From: Squalus acanthias
Taxonomy: Eukaryota
NCBI GenBank assembly: GCA_030390025.1
Contig: CM059432.1
Location: 3,658,001-3,722,000, forward strand
Direction: 5' to 3'
Length of the DNA stretch: 64,000 nt
Below are positions 25,268 through 38,350 of the stretch, piece after piece (positions within the stretch are counted from its first letter, which is position 1; every line of letters starts with the position of its first letter). The notes beneath the pieces were generated by a model. That model was not told where the DNA came from and did no database searches. It saw only the letters and a program-made list of their open reading frames with translations. Made by a program: the position numbers and the translations under genes.

Positions 25268-25727
25268 AGAACTTGCATTTATATAGCGCCTTTCATAAAC
25301 TCAGGACGTCCCAAAGCGCTTTACAGCCAATGAAGTACTTCTTGAAGTGTAGTCACTGTTGTAATGTAGGAAACTCGGCAGCCAATTTGCGCACAGCAAG
25401 CTCCCAGAAACAGCAATGTGATAATGACCAGATCATCTGTTTTAGTGATGTTGATTGAGGAATAAATATTGGCCAGGACACCGGGGATAACTCCCCTGCT
25501 CTTCTTCGAAATAGTGGCCGTGGGATCTTTTACGTCCACCTGAGAGAGCAGACAGGGCCTCGGTTTAACGTCTCATATGAAACACGGCACCTCCGACAGT
25601 GCAGCACTCCCTCAGTACTGCACTGGGAGCGTCAGCCTAGATTTTGTGCTCAAATCTCTGGAGTGGGACTTGAACCCACAACCTTCTGACTCAGAGGTGA
25701 GAGGGGTGCCCACTGAGCCATGGCAGA
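25268..25727 (-). mobile_element. Deu-domain SINE (SacSINE1-like), full length
   Basis: A and B boxes, Deu-type core, L2-type tail. Confidence 0.85.
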
Positions 25728-26267
25728 CAGCAATATGTGCAGTGACTATTTATAATACTGAGTTGCCAGAAGACAAAGCATTAAAAGATAAATTGTAATT
25801 CAAGTCAATTAGATGGAGTTGCCATTGTTCAACTTTACTGTGTTTTGCAATTGATAATATATACTAATGAATGTCAAAAAATGCAAATGAGTGTGGCATC
25901 ACACTGTGTTGGTGGAAAATGTAGCCCACAATGAAACAATAATGATTACGTTCCTCATTGTTAAAGCCTTTTGGCAAATATCAAAATCCTTTTCTTATGT
26001 GGAAAGGTAGTGTGTGATTCTTCATCAGTAGAACCTTAGAAAAAGGAGAACAATTTTGGTTCCCTTACCTAAGGAAGGATATACTTGCCTTAGAGGGGGT
26101 GCAATGAAGGTTCACCAGATTGCGTGCTGGGATGAGAGGGTTGTCCTTTGAGGAGAGATTGAGTAGAATGGGCCTATACTCTCTGGAGTTTAGAAGAATA
26201 TAAGATTCTGAAGGGGATTGACAAGGTAGATGTTGAGAGGATGTTTCCCCTGGCTGGAGAGTCTAGA

Positions 26268-27412
26268 TGTGGAGATGCCGGTGTTGGACTGGGGTGGACA
26301 AATGTGAGAAGTCGCACAACACCAGGTTATAGTCCAAAGCTTTATTTGAAATCACAAGCTTTCGGAGCTGCTGCTCCTTCGTCAGGTGAAGTGAAGAGAT
26401 GCATATAGGCAAAGCATATATAGTCAGAGAACACTGCCAGATGATTACAGTTAATCTTTCTAACTGCCCTTTATCACACCTCGGCAGAGAGTTAGTCACG
26501 GCAATCAAAGGTGTGGATGGTGTCCAAACAGGTCAGTCAGGAAAACATTACATCAAAGACAATGAGGTGGGGTCACAAGGGGTCAAATGTGGCAGATGCT
26601 GGGGTCTGTATGGAAAACAAAAAACTTTTTTTGCTGGAAATCACAGCAGGTCCGGCCGCATCTGTGTAGAGAGAACAAGCCAACGACGGCTCGAGTCTGG
26701 ATGACTCTACGTCAGGTGGGGTTACATGTAGCGTGACATGAACCCAAGATCCCGGCGAGACCATGCAGACACTGCGACAACGTATGAACGGACACAGCGC
26801 AATAATCGCCAGGCAGGAGTGTTCCCTCCCAGTCAGGGAACACTTCAGCAGTCAAGGACATTCAGCCTCCAATCTGCGGGTTAGCGTTCTCCAAGACGGC
26901 CTTCGAGACACACGACAACGCAAAATCGTCGAGCAGAAACTGATAGCCAAGTTTACGCACCCATGAGGACGGCCTCAACCGGGATCTTGGGTTCATGTCA
27001 CGCTACATGTAACCCCACCTGACGTAGAGTCATCCAGACTCGAGTCGTCGTTGGCTTGTTCTCTCGACACAGATGCGGCCGGACCTGCTGTGATTTCCAG
27101 CAAAAAAAGTTTTTTGTTTTCCATACAGACCCCAGCATCTGCCACATTTGACCCCTTGTGACCCCACCTCATTGTCTTTGATGTAATGTTTTCCTGACTG
27201 ACCTGTTTGGACACCATCCACACCTTTGATTGCCGGGATTATCTCTCTGCCGAGGTGTGATAAAGGGCAGTTAGAAAGATTAACTGTAATCATCTGGCAG
27301 TGTTCTCTGACTATATATGCTGTGCCTATATGCATCTCTGCACTTCACCTGACGAAGGAGCAGCGCTCCGAAAGCTTGTGATTTCAAATAAAGCTGTTGG
27401 ACTATAACCTGT
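26268..27412 (+). mobile_element. Penelope-like element (family B), 5'-truncated, with inverted pLTR and GIY-YIG C-terminal fragment
   Basis: 13-bp TSD tggagagtctaga at 26255-26267 and 27413-27425; arms of about 430 bp inverted; GETMQTLRQRMNGH..PVREHF..EQKLIAKF..GLNRD; hammerhead motifs at 26352-26389 (-) and 27345-27381 (+). Confidence 0.9.
27345..27381 (+). ncRNA. Minimal type I hammerhead ribozyme in a PLE pLTR (family B)
   Basis: UCAC-CUGACGA-A-GGAGC AGC GCUCC-GAAA-GCUU-GUGA. Confidence 0.75.
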
Positions 27413-27889
27413 TGGAGAGTCTAGAACTAGGGGCCATAGTCTCAGGATAAGTGGTCAGCCATTTAGCTCTGAGATGAGGAGATGAGGGTTGTGAATCTTT
27501 GGAATTCTCTGCCCCAGAGGGATGTGGATGCTCAGTCATTGAATATATTCTAGGCTGAGTCAATAGATTTTTGGACACTAAGGGAATCAAGGGGTATAGG
27601 GATCGGGCAGGAAAGTGGAGTTGAGGTAGACAATCAGCCTTGATCTTAATGAATGGCGGAACAGGCTTGAGGGGCCGAATGGTCTACTCCTGCTCCTGTT
27701 TCTTATGTTCTTATAGAATAGTTTTAGTGATCATATTTTAATCAGATTCAATATTCTGGCACCGGCAGGAGTAAAAGATAATAAAATTAATGTACCTGGT
27801 CTCGGGAGACCAGATTTTTAAACAACATCGACTTGCCAAGTCTTCCTCGGCAGCACCTCCGAAATCCGTGGCCACCACCACCTTCTTGA

Positions 27890-28318
27890 GCAGCGCCTCG
27901 ATTTCAAAATTCTCATCCTTGTTTTCAAATCCCTCCATGGCCTCGCCCCTCCCTATCTCTGTAATCTCCTCCAGCCCCACAACCCCCCGAGATATCTGCG
28001 CTCCTCTAATTCTGGCCTCTTGAGCATCCCTGATTATAATCACTCAACCATTGGTGGCCGTGCCTTCTGTTGCCGAGGCCCTAAGCTCTGGAATTCCCTG
28101 ACTAAACCTCTCCGCCTCTCTACCTCTCTCTCCTCCTTTAAGACGCTCCTTAAAACCTACCTCTTTGACCAAGCTTTTGGTCACTTGTCCTAATTTCTCT
28201 TTATGTGGCTCGGTGTCAAATTTTTTGTCTTATAACACTCCTGTGAAACGCCTTGGGACGTTTTACTATGTTAAAGGCGCTGTATAAATACAAGTTGTTG
28301 TAGATGTTGTTGTTGTTA
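27890..28318 (+). mobile_element. L2 LINE 3' fragment
   Basis: L2 3' end with gttgtt tail. Confidence 0.85.
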
Positions 28319-28714
28319 TAGCTTCTGCTAGCTTTGGTCTTGATAATTCTCTTCTGCTGATTAATGATTTGATGTCAGACAGCACGGTGACAGCCATTGA
28401 ATCAACGTGGTAATGGAAAGTTACAGCTGGGTACTGGTGACATACTCCTGAAAGCTGACCACATGGTTGTTAATAACATTGCTGAGGGCCTGGAGATTTT
28501 CAAAGGGCTGCCTCGCTGACGGATAGATACTAAATCACGGCACCGTGTTCTGTAGCTTGAGATACATGCAAAGTCATGGGAACACGGATTTAAACGTTAC
28601 ATACGAGGCTCTCTGGTACCTGCACAAACAACCCTCCTGGACTCGGCACAGGATTGCAGAGGACAAGCCAGCGGAATCACTGAATTTCGTTTTGCAAAAG
28701 AACAATGTCACAGC

Positions 28715-30065
28715 GTACGGGGTCCTTGGCATCATAAGCAGATACATACAGAGTACAAAAGCAAGGAGGTTATATGGTTAGGCCTCAGCTGGAGTATTGT
28801 GTCCAATGCAGGGCACCGCACTTTCGATGAGACGTTAAACCGGGGCCCCGTCTGCTCCCTCAGGTGGATGTAAAAGATCCCACGGCCACTATTTCGAAGA
28901 AGAGCAGGGGGAGTTCTCCCCGGTGTCCTGGGCCAATATTTATCCCTCAATCAACATCACTAAAAACAGATTATCTGGCCATTATCACATTGCTGTCTGT
29001 GGGAGCTTGCTGTGTGCAAATTGGCTGCCACGTTTCCCACATTGCAACAGTGACTCCACTTCAAAAAGTACTTCATTGGCTGTAAAGCGCTTTGAGACGT
29101 CCGGTGGTTGTGAAAGGCGCTATAGAAATGCAAGTCTTTCTTTTCTTTCTTTAGAAAGGATGTCAAGGCCTTGGAGAGGGTGCCGGGGTGATTTCCTGGA
29201 ACGGTATCGGGGGTGAGGGACTTCAGTTATGTGGAGAGACTGGAGAGAAGCTGGAATTGTTCTCCTCTTAGAGCAGAGAAGGTTAAGGGGAGATTTGGTA
29301 CAAAAACCCTCCCTGATTCAAAATCAGGAAGGATTTGGATACAGTAAATATCTTTATAGAGTAAATTTCCACTGGCAGAAGGGTCAGAAACCAGACACAG
29401 ATTTCAGGTAAAATAAAAACAGAAAATGCTGGAAATACTCAGCAGGTCAGGCAGCATCTGTAGAGTTAACATTTCAGGTCAATGACCAGATTTCAGGTAA
29501 TTGGCAAAAGAACCAGAGGGGGAGATGAGGAGAATTTTTTTTATGCAGCGAGTTGTTGTGATCTGGAATGCGCTGCCTGAAAGGTCGGTGGAAGCAGATT
29601 CAATAGCAACTTTCAAAAGGGGAATTGGATAAATACTTGAAGGGGAGGAATTTGCAGGACTGTGGGGGAAAGAGCAGGGGGGAGTGGGACTAATTGGAGA
29701 GCTCTTTCAAAGAGCCGGCACAGACACGATGGACCGCTCTTTGGATAACGGGTAAGCCATTTAGGACTGAGATGAGGAGGAATTTCTTCACCCAGAGAGT
29801 GGTGAACCTGTGGAATTCTCTACCACAGAAGGCAGTTGAGGCCAATTCATTAAATATATTCAAGAAGGAGATAGATATATTTCTTAAGGCTAAAGGGATC
29901 AAGGGATATGGGGAGAAGGCAGGGACAGGGTACTGAATTTGGATGATCAGCCATGATCTCATTAAATGGCGGAGCAGGCTCGAGGGGCCGATTGGCCTAC
30001 TCCTGCTCCTATCTTCTATGCTTCTATGGTCTCCTCCTGTGCTGTATCGTTCTATGATTCTATGA
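28715..30065 (+). mobile_element. CR1 3' fragment with nested SINE (28822-29150), pLTR fragment (about 29412-29486, TSD cagatttcaggtaa) and young CR1 tail (about 29740-30028)
   Basis: CR1 sequence is colinear across the inserts (gcaccgcacttt|..|agaaaggatgtcaagg). Confidence 0.75.
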
Positions 30066-30413
30066 TAAGCACCTGACATACCACCTTTCCTGGCTGCAAT
30101 AGTGTTTCAGGAGATATATCCTCATGGTCACTCTCTGCCTCCTCTCTCTTACTGTTTAAGGATTGGCTTCATCATTATCCTCCTCCTCCTCCACCTCCTC
30201 CATGGTTGCATGTCTTAAGCAAAACTGTGGAGCTTCGAGCAGATCCTGAAGACCTTAGCATAGATTTTCTGTTTGTTGTTATTTTAATGCTTGCAGTAAC
30301 AGATTTAATAATAAATAGCATAGGGACTTCTCAGCACTTGTGTGGTCTCCACTGCAATATGGCCACTGATCTGTGCATTTCAAACGTAAACACAGCAATG
30401 ATCATTGTAGTGT

Positions 30414-30810
30414 CAACAACAACAACAAGTTGTATTTATATAGCGCCTTTAATGTAGTAAAACATCCCAGGGCGCTTCACAGGAGCGATTATCAAACAAA
30501 ATTTGACACCGAGCCACTAAAAGGAGATATTAGGGCAGGTGACCAAGCGCTTGGCCAAAGAGGTAGGTTTTAAGAAGTGTCTTAAAGGAGGAGAGAGAGG
30601 TGGAGAGGTTTAGGGAGGGAATTCCAGAGCTTAGGGCCCAGGCAGCTGAAGGCACTGGGGGGTGTGAAGGAAATCGGTGATGTGGAAGAGACCAGAACTG
30701 GAGGAATGCAGAGATCGCGGGGGGTTGTGGGGCTGGAGGAGGATACAGAGATAGGGAGGGGGGCGAGGCCGTGGAGGGATTTGAAAACAAGGATGAGATT
30801 TTTAAAATCA
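30414..30810 (-). mobile_element. L2 LINE 3' fragment
   Basis: (GTT)n tail and L2 3' sequence. Confidence 0.85.
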
Positions 30811-30899
30811 ATTCAATTTAAAGTAAAAGTCATTTGGCTTCAATCTGTAGCTGTCGCAAGTGTCATTAACCAGAGCTGATGAGTATAGCCCTGGTTTCC

Positions 30900-31960
30900 C
30901 AGGGGACATCCTTCCAACCTTCCATCTCATAAAGCTTGCATAGATGATTGGCACTGAATGTAAGAAGCCGGCGCCTTGCTGCATGATTTGGTGCCATACA
31001 TTGATGGAGTAGAATAACTTTCTGTTCCTGCAGTGCCACGAATAGGGGCCTGGATGGATGGTCACATGGCTGGCATCAATCACAACTGCACTTTAAGATA
31101 GTCAACAACATAGTAGAATTGGGCAGCCCTGTCATGTTGCTATTGTGCGCCAGTGGTAAAGGTAACGGTTTCCTAGATAAAGCATCGAGCAACTCTTTGG
31201 GGAACCAACGCATGGCAAAGTGATTGATACTGCTGATATCGTCTGTGCTAGCCCGGAATAAGTCACCGCTGTAAACAGTGAGGGCCGTGGCCATATTGAC
31301 AGGCACTGGTAGGGCCATCCCTCTATTCAAGGTGAGCATGTTGTCTTCCCGAAGCAGAAGGCACTTCTCCTTTACTGCCTTCCCGCTAAACCGCCGCCTC
31401 GTTAGATAGTGCTCTTCAATGTCCACAGGTAACTGTATACCTGGTGGGTGGTATCGAAGGGTGGCACAGGAGGGGGCCACCTGACATCTCCAGTAGATGT
31501 TCTCAGCTCCTGCTGATGCTCTCCGGCTGAGACAAGTTCCAGACAATCCCCGTTGTAGTCTCGATTTGTAACGCGGTCGCGGAGGTTGGGAGTACTGGGG
31601 CCGGAAGGGGGCCCAGGGTATATTTGTGGGGCCAGGAGGAACCCCCACTGTGAGGCCCACCGAAATAACTCGACACTTACCTGAGGCCGGGCCTCTTCGG
31701 GTTCCATCACCCGTGGAAAAGATCGGAGTTTGCACGGCGCAGGCGCCGACCAGCTCTGACCGAGAATGGCAATCGGACGCCGATTACCATATTAAAAGGG
31801 GCCCATCGTCTGAAACAGGCAGGCGCTTTGGACACCCGGGCGGTAGGCCCCGTTCAAAATGGCGCCTGCATCAGCGGGTCGGAGAGGCTACGCACCCGAT
31901 TGTGAGGCCGTTACCACCCCCATTAACGCCAGGCAACGGCAGTGAGAAACGGCCCCCAGC
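30900..31960 (-). pseudogene. Degenerate Harbinger element with decayed HARBI1-like transposase (about 31460-30900)
   Basis: RRRFSGKAVKEKCLLL..ALPVPVNMATALTVYSG..ISSINHFAM and IDASHV..RNRKLFYSINV align by eye to the transposase at 62171-63286. Confidence 0.7.
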
Positions 31961-32126
31961 GAGCCCATTCCATGTGTTGATCACTGCTTGAGTGAAGCAA
32001 AGCTTTCTGATACCAATCCTAAAATTGACATATACTAACTTGAACCTCTATTTCCCTTGTCCTACTCTCATACACTTGTTTAACATTAATTTTCCAGGTT
32101 TACCTTTTCCATACCTAAGAACGTTA

Positions 32127-32465
32127 TAAGAACATAAGAAATAGGAGCCGAAGTCGGGCACATGGCTCCCTCGAGCCTGCTCCGTCATTCAATAAGATCA
32201 TGGCTGATCTTCTACCTCAACTCCACTTTCCTGCCCAATCCTCATATCCATTGGTTCCCTTAGTGTCCAAAATTCTATTGATCTTTGTCTCGAATATACT
32301 CAACAGCAGCCACAGCCCTCTGGGGCAGAGAATTCCAAATATTCACAGCCCTCTGAGTGAAGAAATTCCTCCTCATCTCGGTCTTAAATGTCCGACCTCT
32401 TATCCTGAGACTGTGCTCCCTAGTTCTAGACTCTCCAGCCAGGTGGAAACAGCCTCTCAGCATCT
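32127..32465 (-). mobile_element. CR1 3' fragment
   Basis: GESRTR.HSLRIRGR.FKTEMRRNFFTQR plus tail. Confidence 0.85.
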
Positions 32466-32609
32466 AAGAGAGGCTTGTATATCTCTACAAGGTCACCTCT
32501 CAGACGTCTCATTTCAAGACCGAAGAGCCCATATTTGTCCAGACTTTCTTCCGAACTCAAACTGCTAAGACTGGGGCTCATCCTTGCGCCTGTTCTCTGC
32601 ACTGCTCAC

Positions 32610-33373
32610 CCCCCCGTGCTCGCTGACCATCTCCCCCTGTGCTCTCTGACCATCTCCCCCTGTGCTCGCTGACCATCTCCCCCTGTGCTCGCTGACCATC
32701 TCCCCCTGTGCTCGCTGACCATCTCCCCCTGTGCTCACTGACCATCTCCCCGTGTGCTCGCTGACCATCTCCCCCTGTGCTCGCTGACCATCTCCCCTGT
32801 GCTCGCTGACCATCTCCCCCTGTGCTCGCTGACCATCTCCCCCTGTGCTCGCTGACCATCTCCCCTGTGCTCGCTGACCATCTCCCCCTGTGCTCACTGA
32901 CCATCTCCCCCTGTGCTCGCTGACCATCTCCCCCTGTGCTCGCTGACCATCTCCCCCTGTGCTCGTTCACCCATCGCCCCCTGTGCTCGCTGACCATCTC
33001 CCCCTGTGCTCGCTGACCATCTCCCCCTGTGCTCGCTGACCATCTCCCCCTGTGCTCGCTGACCATCTCCCACATCCGTGACCATCTCCCCGTGCTCGCT
33101 GGAACATTCCCCTGTGCTCACTGACCATCTCCCCGTGTGCTCGCTGACCATCTCCCCCTGTGCTTGCTGACCATCTCCCCCTGTGCTCGCTGACCATCTC
33201 CCCCTGTGCTCGCTGACCTTCTCCCCCTGTGCTCGTTCACCCATCGCCCCCTGTGCTCGCTGACCATCTCCCCCTGTGCTCGCTGGCCATCTCCCCCTGT
33301 GCTCGCTGACCATCTCCCCCTGTGCTCACTGACCATCTCCCCCTGTGCTCGCTGACCATCTCCCCCTGTGCTC
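32610..33373. repeat. 23-bp minisatellite (ccatctccccctgtgctcgctga)n, left arm, about 33 units
   Basis: Directly visible tandem array. Confidence 0.97.
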
Positions 33374-33583
33374 TGGGGTCAGAGTAGAAATAGGAGGATA
33401 TTTCAAATGAATACGTGGTTAGAGGAATGGTGCAAGGGGGAGGGATTCAAATTCCTTGGACATTGGAACCGGTTCTGGGGGAGGTGGGACCAGTACAAAC
33501 GGGACGGTCTGCACCTGGGCAGGGCCGGGACCGATGTCCTAGGCGGAGTGTTTGCTAGTGCTGTTGGGGAGGGTTTAAACTAA
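33374..33583 (+). pseudogene. CR1 ORF1 C-terminus, SGNH/GDSL esterase-like domain
   Basis: MNTWLEEWCKGEGFKFLGHW..YKRDGLHLGRAG, with the DGLH motif typical of CR1 ORF1 esterases. Confidence 0.8.
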
Positions 33584-33770
33584 AGTGGCAGGGGGTTGGG
33601 AACCTGAGCAGGGAGACAGAGGAAAGGGAAATAAGGATAAAAGCTAAAGACAGGAAGGAGAAAAACAAAAGTAGAAGGCAAAGAACTCAACGGTTTAAAT
33701 CAAACATGGTCATAGTAAATAATAATTCATATAGGTCTGAAAGCGTTAAAAAAACAAGCCTGAAGGCTTT

Positions 33771-34669
33771 GGGGGAAAAATTCAGTTGGTTGCGCCTCCC
33801 GTTAGCACCTTAACAGGGCGCTAATGGGGCGCAAAGCATCTAGCGCCCAGGCGCGGCGAAGTTTGTGCCGCTCGCGAAATTAACTAGACATTTTGCGGCA
33901 GCGCTAAACACTACTGCCACGATCTCCTGCGCCGGCAGATCGTGACGTCAGTCGAGTGCGCAACGCCCCGGTATCGCCCCGGAGTGGATATTGAGTGGCA
34001 CCCCCTGCCTTACCGCCTGACGCTAGCAACGACAGTTTGAGTGGAGCGTTCTGCAGTCATGAAGGGAAAGGGGGAACGCTATTTAAAGGTGACCGCTTCC
34101 TGCCTTTTATTGTTGGTGCCATTTTTGAACTACGCATTCTGAGAGAGAGAGAGAGAGAGAGAGACTTCTGGAGAGATTCAACGTTGTGTGAAGGAGTTTT
34201 GGGTACTGAGCAGCACTTTGCAGCTTCATTTTGATTTGCCATTCCTTGTATCGATTTAGAAGAGATTGTGGGGGCTGCACTCTGAGCTCTTTGCCTGGTA
34301 CTCTCCATTGTTCTTTCCAGCAGATTTGATGTGCAGATCTGTCCAGGCCGAGATTCAAGGCTGCAATTAGCAGGATGTGGATGGAAAGTGAGATTAACCA
34401 TCCCCTTTAAGAACTGGCCCATGCCATTGTGTGTGTGTTCCAATGCTGACTGACATTACATGAGCTTCGCCAGCGCTCTGAGGTAGCGCCTCGCTCCTTG
34501 GCCTTTGCGCCTTAAGACAGGTGTGAAGCGCCTGATTTAGTGCTCCAAACACCTCCAGGGGAGATAAAAGTCAAGTTTGCAGTCGGTAGCGATAATTAGT
34601 GCCAGGCGCTAATCTTTGCGCCCGGCCGATAATTGCGCCCCAAATGTGGCGATACTGAATTTCTCCCCC
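33771..34669. mobile_element. PIF/Harbinger MITE, family 3
   Basis: TIR gggggaaaaattca...tgaatttctccccc; TSD TTT; first about 500 bp homologous to 61614-62140. Confidence 0.9.
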
Positions 34670-34670
34670 T

Positions 34671-37468
34671 TTGTGTCTTAATGCAAGGAGCATTCGGAAC
34701 AAGGTGGATGAATTAGCTGCACAAATAGAGGTAAATGAATACGATTTGATTGGGATTACAGAAACATGGCTCCAGGGTGGCCAAGGCTGGGAACTCAACA
34801 TCCAGGGTTATTCAATATTTAGGAAAGATAGGCAAAAAAGAAAGGGAGGTGGGGTAGCATTGCTGGTTAAAGAGGGGATTAACACAATTGAAAGGAAGGA
34901 TATTAGCTCTGATGATGCGGAATCTGTATGGGTAGAACTGAGAAATAACAAGGGGCAGAAAACGTTAGTGGGAGTGGTATATAGACCTCCAAACAGTAAT
35001 ACGGAGGTTGGGGACAGCATTAAAAGGGAAATTAGAGAAGCATGCAGTAAGGGCACAGCAGTCATCATGGGTGACTTTAATTTACATGTAGATTGGGCTA
35101 ACCAAATTAGTAAAAATACTGTGGAGGAGGAATTCCTAGAATGTTTACGAGATGGTTTTCTGGAACAATATGTCGAGGAACCAACCAGAGATCAGGCCAT
35201 CTTAGACTGGGTATTATGTAACGAGAAAGGATTAATTAGCAATCTTGTTGTACGAGGCCCCTTGGGTCAGAGTGATCATAATATGATAGAAATCTTCATT
35301 AGGATGGAGAGTGAAGTAGTTGAATCAGAGACTAGGGTCCTGAATTTAAATAAAGGAAACTACGATGGTATGAGGCGCGAATTGGGTAGGATTGATTGGG
35401 GAATGTCATTCAAGGGGTTGACTGTGGATAGGCAATGGCAAACATTCAAAGACTGCATGGATGAACTGCAGAATTTGTACATCCCAGTGTGGCATAAGAA
35501 TAAAACAAAAAGGGTGACTCAACCGTGGCTAACAAGGGAAATTAGGGATAGCATAAGATCCAAGGAGAGGGCATATAAATTGGCCAGAAAAAGCGGTAGC
35601 CCTGAGGATTGGGAGCAGTTTAGGATTCAACAAAGGAGGACAAAGGGATTAATTAAGAAGGGGAAAATAGAATATGAAAGTAAGCTTTCTGGGAACATAA
35701 AAACTGACTGTAAGAGCTTTTATAGATATGTGAAGAGAAAAAGATTAGTGAAATCAAGTGTAGGTCCCTTGCAGTCAGAAGCGGGGGAAGTTATAATGGG
35801 GAACAAAGAAATGGCAGCCCAATTAAATGCATATTTTGGTTCTGTCTTCACAAAGGAGGACACAAATAACCTCCCAGAGATGTTGGAGAACATACGGTCT
35901 GATGAAAGGGAGGAACTGAAAGAAATCAGTATTTGCAGGGAAATGGTGTTAGGGAAATTGACGGTATTGAAGGCCGATAAATCCCCAGGGCCTGATAATC
36001 TACATCCTAGGGTACTTAAGGAAGTGGCCCTAGAAATAGTAGATGCATTGCTGATCATCTTCCAACATTCGATGGAATCTGGAACTGTACCCATGGATTG
36101 GAGAGTAGCTAATGTTACCCCACTATTCAAAAAGGGTGGTAGAGAGAAAGCGGGGAATTACAGACCGGTAAGCCTGACATCGGTAGTGGGGAAAATGCTA
36201 GAGTCCATTATAAAGGATGTAATAGCTGAGCATTTGAAAAACAGTGACAGGATCGGACAAAGTCAACATGGATTTACAAAAGGTAAATCGTGCTTAACTA
36301 ATCTACTGGAATTTTTTGAGGATGTAACTGGGAAAATAGATAAGGGAGAACCAGTAGATGTGGTGTATTTGGACTTCCAAAAGGCTTTCGATAAGGTCCC
36401 GCATAAGAGATTAGCGTGTAAAGTTAAGGCACATGGGATTGGGGGCAAGGTATTGACTTGGATAGAGAACTGGTTGGCGGACAGAAAGCAGAGAGTAGGA
36501 ATTAATGGGTCTTTTTCCGAGTGGCAAGCAGTGACTAGTGGGGTACCGCAGGGATCGGTCCTTGGAGCCCAGCTATTCACAATATACATTAATGATCTAG
36601 ATAAGGGAATTAAATGTAATATCTCCAAGTTTGCAGATGACACAAAGCTGGGTGGGAGTGTGTGCTGCGAGGAGGATACCGAGAAACTCCAGGATGATCT
36701 GGACAGGTTGGGTGAGTGGGCAGAAGCGTGGCAGATGCAATATAACGTGGATAAGTGCGAGGTTATCCACTTTGGTGTCAAAAACAGAAAGGCAGACTAT
36801 TATCTGAATGGCAATAGATTGGGAGAAGGGGAAGTGCAACGAGACCTGGGTGTCCTTGTGCACCAGTCTCTGAAAGTAAGCATGCAGGTGCAGCAGGCGG
36901 TGAAGAAGGCAAATGGTATGTTGGCCTTCATAACGAAAGGGTTTGAGTATAGGAACAGGGATGTCTTGCTGCAGTTGTACAGGGCCTTGGTAAGACCACA
37001 CCTTGAGTATTGTGTGCAGTTTTGGTCGCCTTATCTGAGGAAGGATGTTCTTGCCATGGAAGGGGTTCAGCGAAGATTCACAAGGCTGATACCTGGGATG
37101 GCAGGAATGAATATGAGGAGAGATTGGGTCGATTGGGCTTATACTCGCTGGAGTATAGAAGAATGAGAGGGGATCTCATTGAAACTTATAAAATTCTGAC
37201 AGGTCTGGACAAACTAGATGCAGGAAGAATGTTCCCGATGGTCGGAGAGTCCAGAACCAGGGGTCATAATCTACGGATAACGGGTAAACCATTTAGGACA
37301 GAAAAGAGGAAGAATTTCTTCACCCAGAGAGTGGTGAACCTGTGGAATTCTCTACCACAGAAGGTAGTTGAGGCGAAGTCATTAAATATATTCAAGGTTG
37401 AGTTAGATATATTTCTTAAAGCTAAAGGTATCAAGGGATATGGGGAGAAGGCAGGGACAGGGTACTGA
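34671..37468 (+). CDS. CR1 ORF2 (APE endonuclease plus reverse transcriptase); one frameshift near 37108; N-terminus split by the MITE
   Basis: 831-aa ORF with NARS, GITETW, MGDFN, SDH, YLDFQKAFD, GVPQGS, KFADD; C-terminus continues in ORF 37010-37468. Confidence 0.93.
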
Positions 37469-37565
37469 GTTTAGATGATCAGCCATGATCTCATCGAATG
37501 GCGGAGCAGGCTCGAGGGGCCGAATGGCCTACTCCTGCTCCTATGTTCTATGTTTCTATGTGTCT

Positions 37566-38350
37566 ATCTCCCCCTGTGCTCGCTGACCATCTCCCCCTGT
37601 GCTCGCTGACCATCTCCCCCTGTGCTCGCTGACCATCTCCCCCTGTGCTCGCTGACCATCTCCCCCTGTGCTCGCTGACCATCTCCCCCTGTGCTCGCTG
37701 ACCATCGCCCCCTGTGCTCACTGACCATCTCCCCCTGTGCTCGCTGACCATCTCCCCCTGTGCTCACTGACCATCTCCCCCTGTGCTCGTTCACCCATCT
37801 CCCCCTGTGCTCGCTGACCATCTCCCCCTGTGCTCGTTCACCCATCTCCCCCTGTGCTCGCTGACCATCTCCCCCTGTGCTCGCTGACCATCTCCCCCTG
37901 TGCTCACTGACCATCTCCCCCTGTGCTCGCTGACCATCTCCCCCTGTGCTCACTGACCATCTCCCCCTGTGCTCACTGACCATCTCCCCCTGTGCTCACT
38001 GACCATCTCCCCCTGTGCTCGCTGACCATCTCCCCCTGTGCTCGTTCACCCATCTCCCCCTGTGCTCACTGACCATCTCCCCCTGTGCTCACTGACCATC
38101 TCCCCCTGTGCTCGCTGACCATCTCCCCCTGTGCTCACTGACCATCTCCCCCTGTGCTCACTGACCATCTCCCCCTGTGCTCGCTGACCATCTCCCCCTG
38201 TGCTCGCTGACCATCTCCCCCTGTGCTCACTGACCATCTCCCCCTGTGCTCACTGACCATCTCCCCCTGTGCTCACTGACCATCTCCCCCTGTGCTCGCT
38301 GACCATCTCCCCCTGTGCTCGCTGACCATCTCCCCCTGTGCTCGCTGACC
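37566..38350. repeat. 23-bp minisatellite, right arm, about 34 units
   Basis: Same unit as 32610-33373; runs directly into L2 sequence. Confidence 0.97.

Larger units (their letters stand above)
26045..27715 (+). mobile_element. CR1 3' fragment interrupted by a Penelope-like element
   Basis: CR1 ORF2 end and 3' UTR continue across 26268-27412. Confidence 0.8.
33374..37565 (+). mobile_element. Young, 5'-truncated CR1 LINE (end of ORF1 plus ORF2) inserted in the minisatellite
   Basis: ORF1 esterase tail, long ORF2, 3' UTR and (ttctatgt) tail; interrupted by the MITE at 33771-34669. Confidence 0.95.

Noticed and set aside
26399..27335. Two near-identical 101-aa ORFs on opposite strands (possible gene pair)
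   Set aside because: They are a consequence of the inverted pLTR duplication.
35720..37001. Long antisense ORFs inside the CR1
   Set aside because: Shadow frames of ORF2 with no independent evidence.
32565..38350. Repetitive ORFs (MVSEHRGRWSASTGGDGQRAQGE) and CRISPR-like periodicity
   Set aside because: Head-to-tail 23-bp units with no unique spacers in eukaryotic DNA; the ORFs are translation artefacts of the minisatellite.
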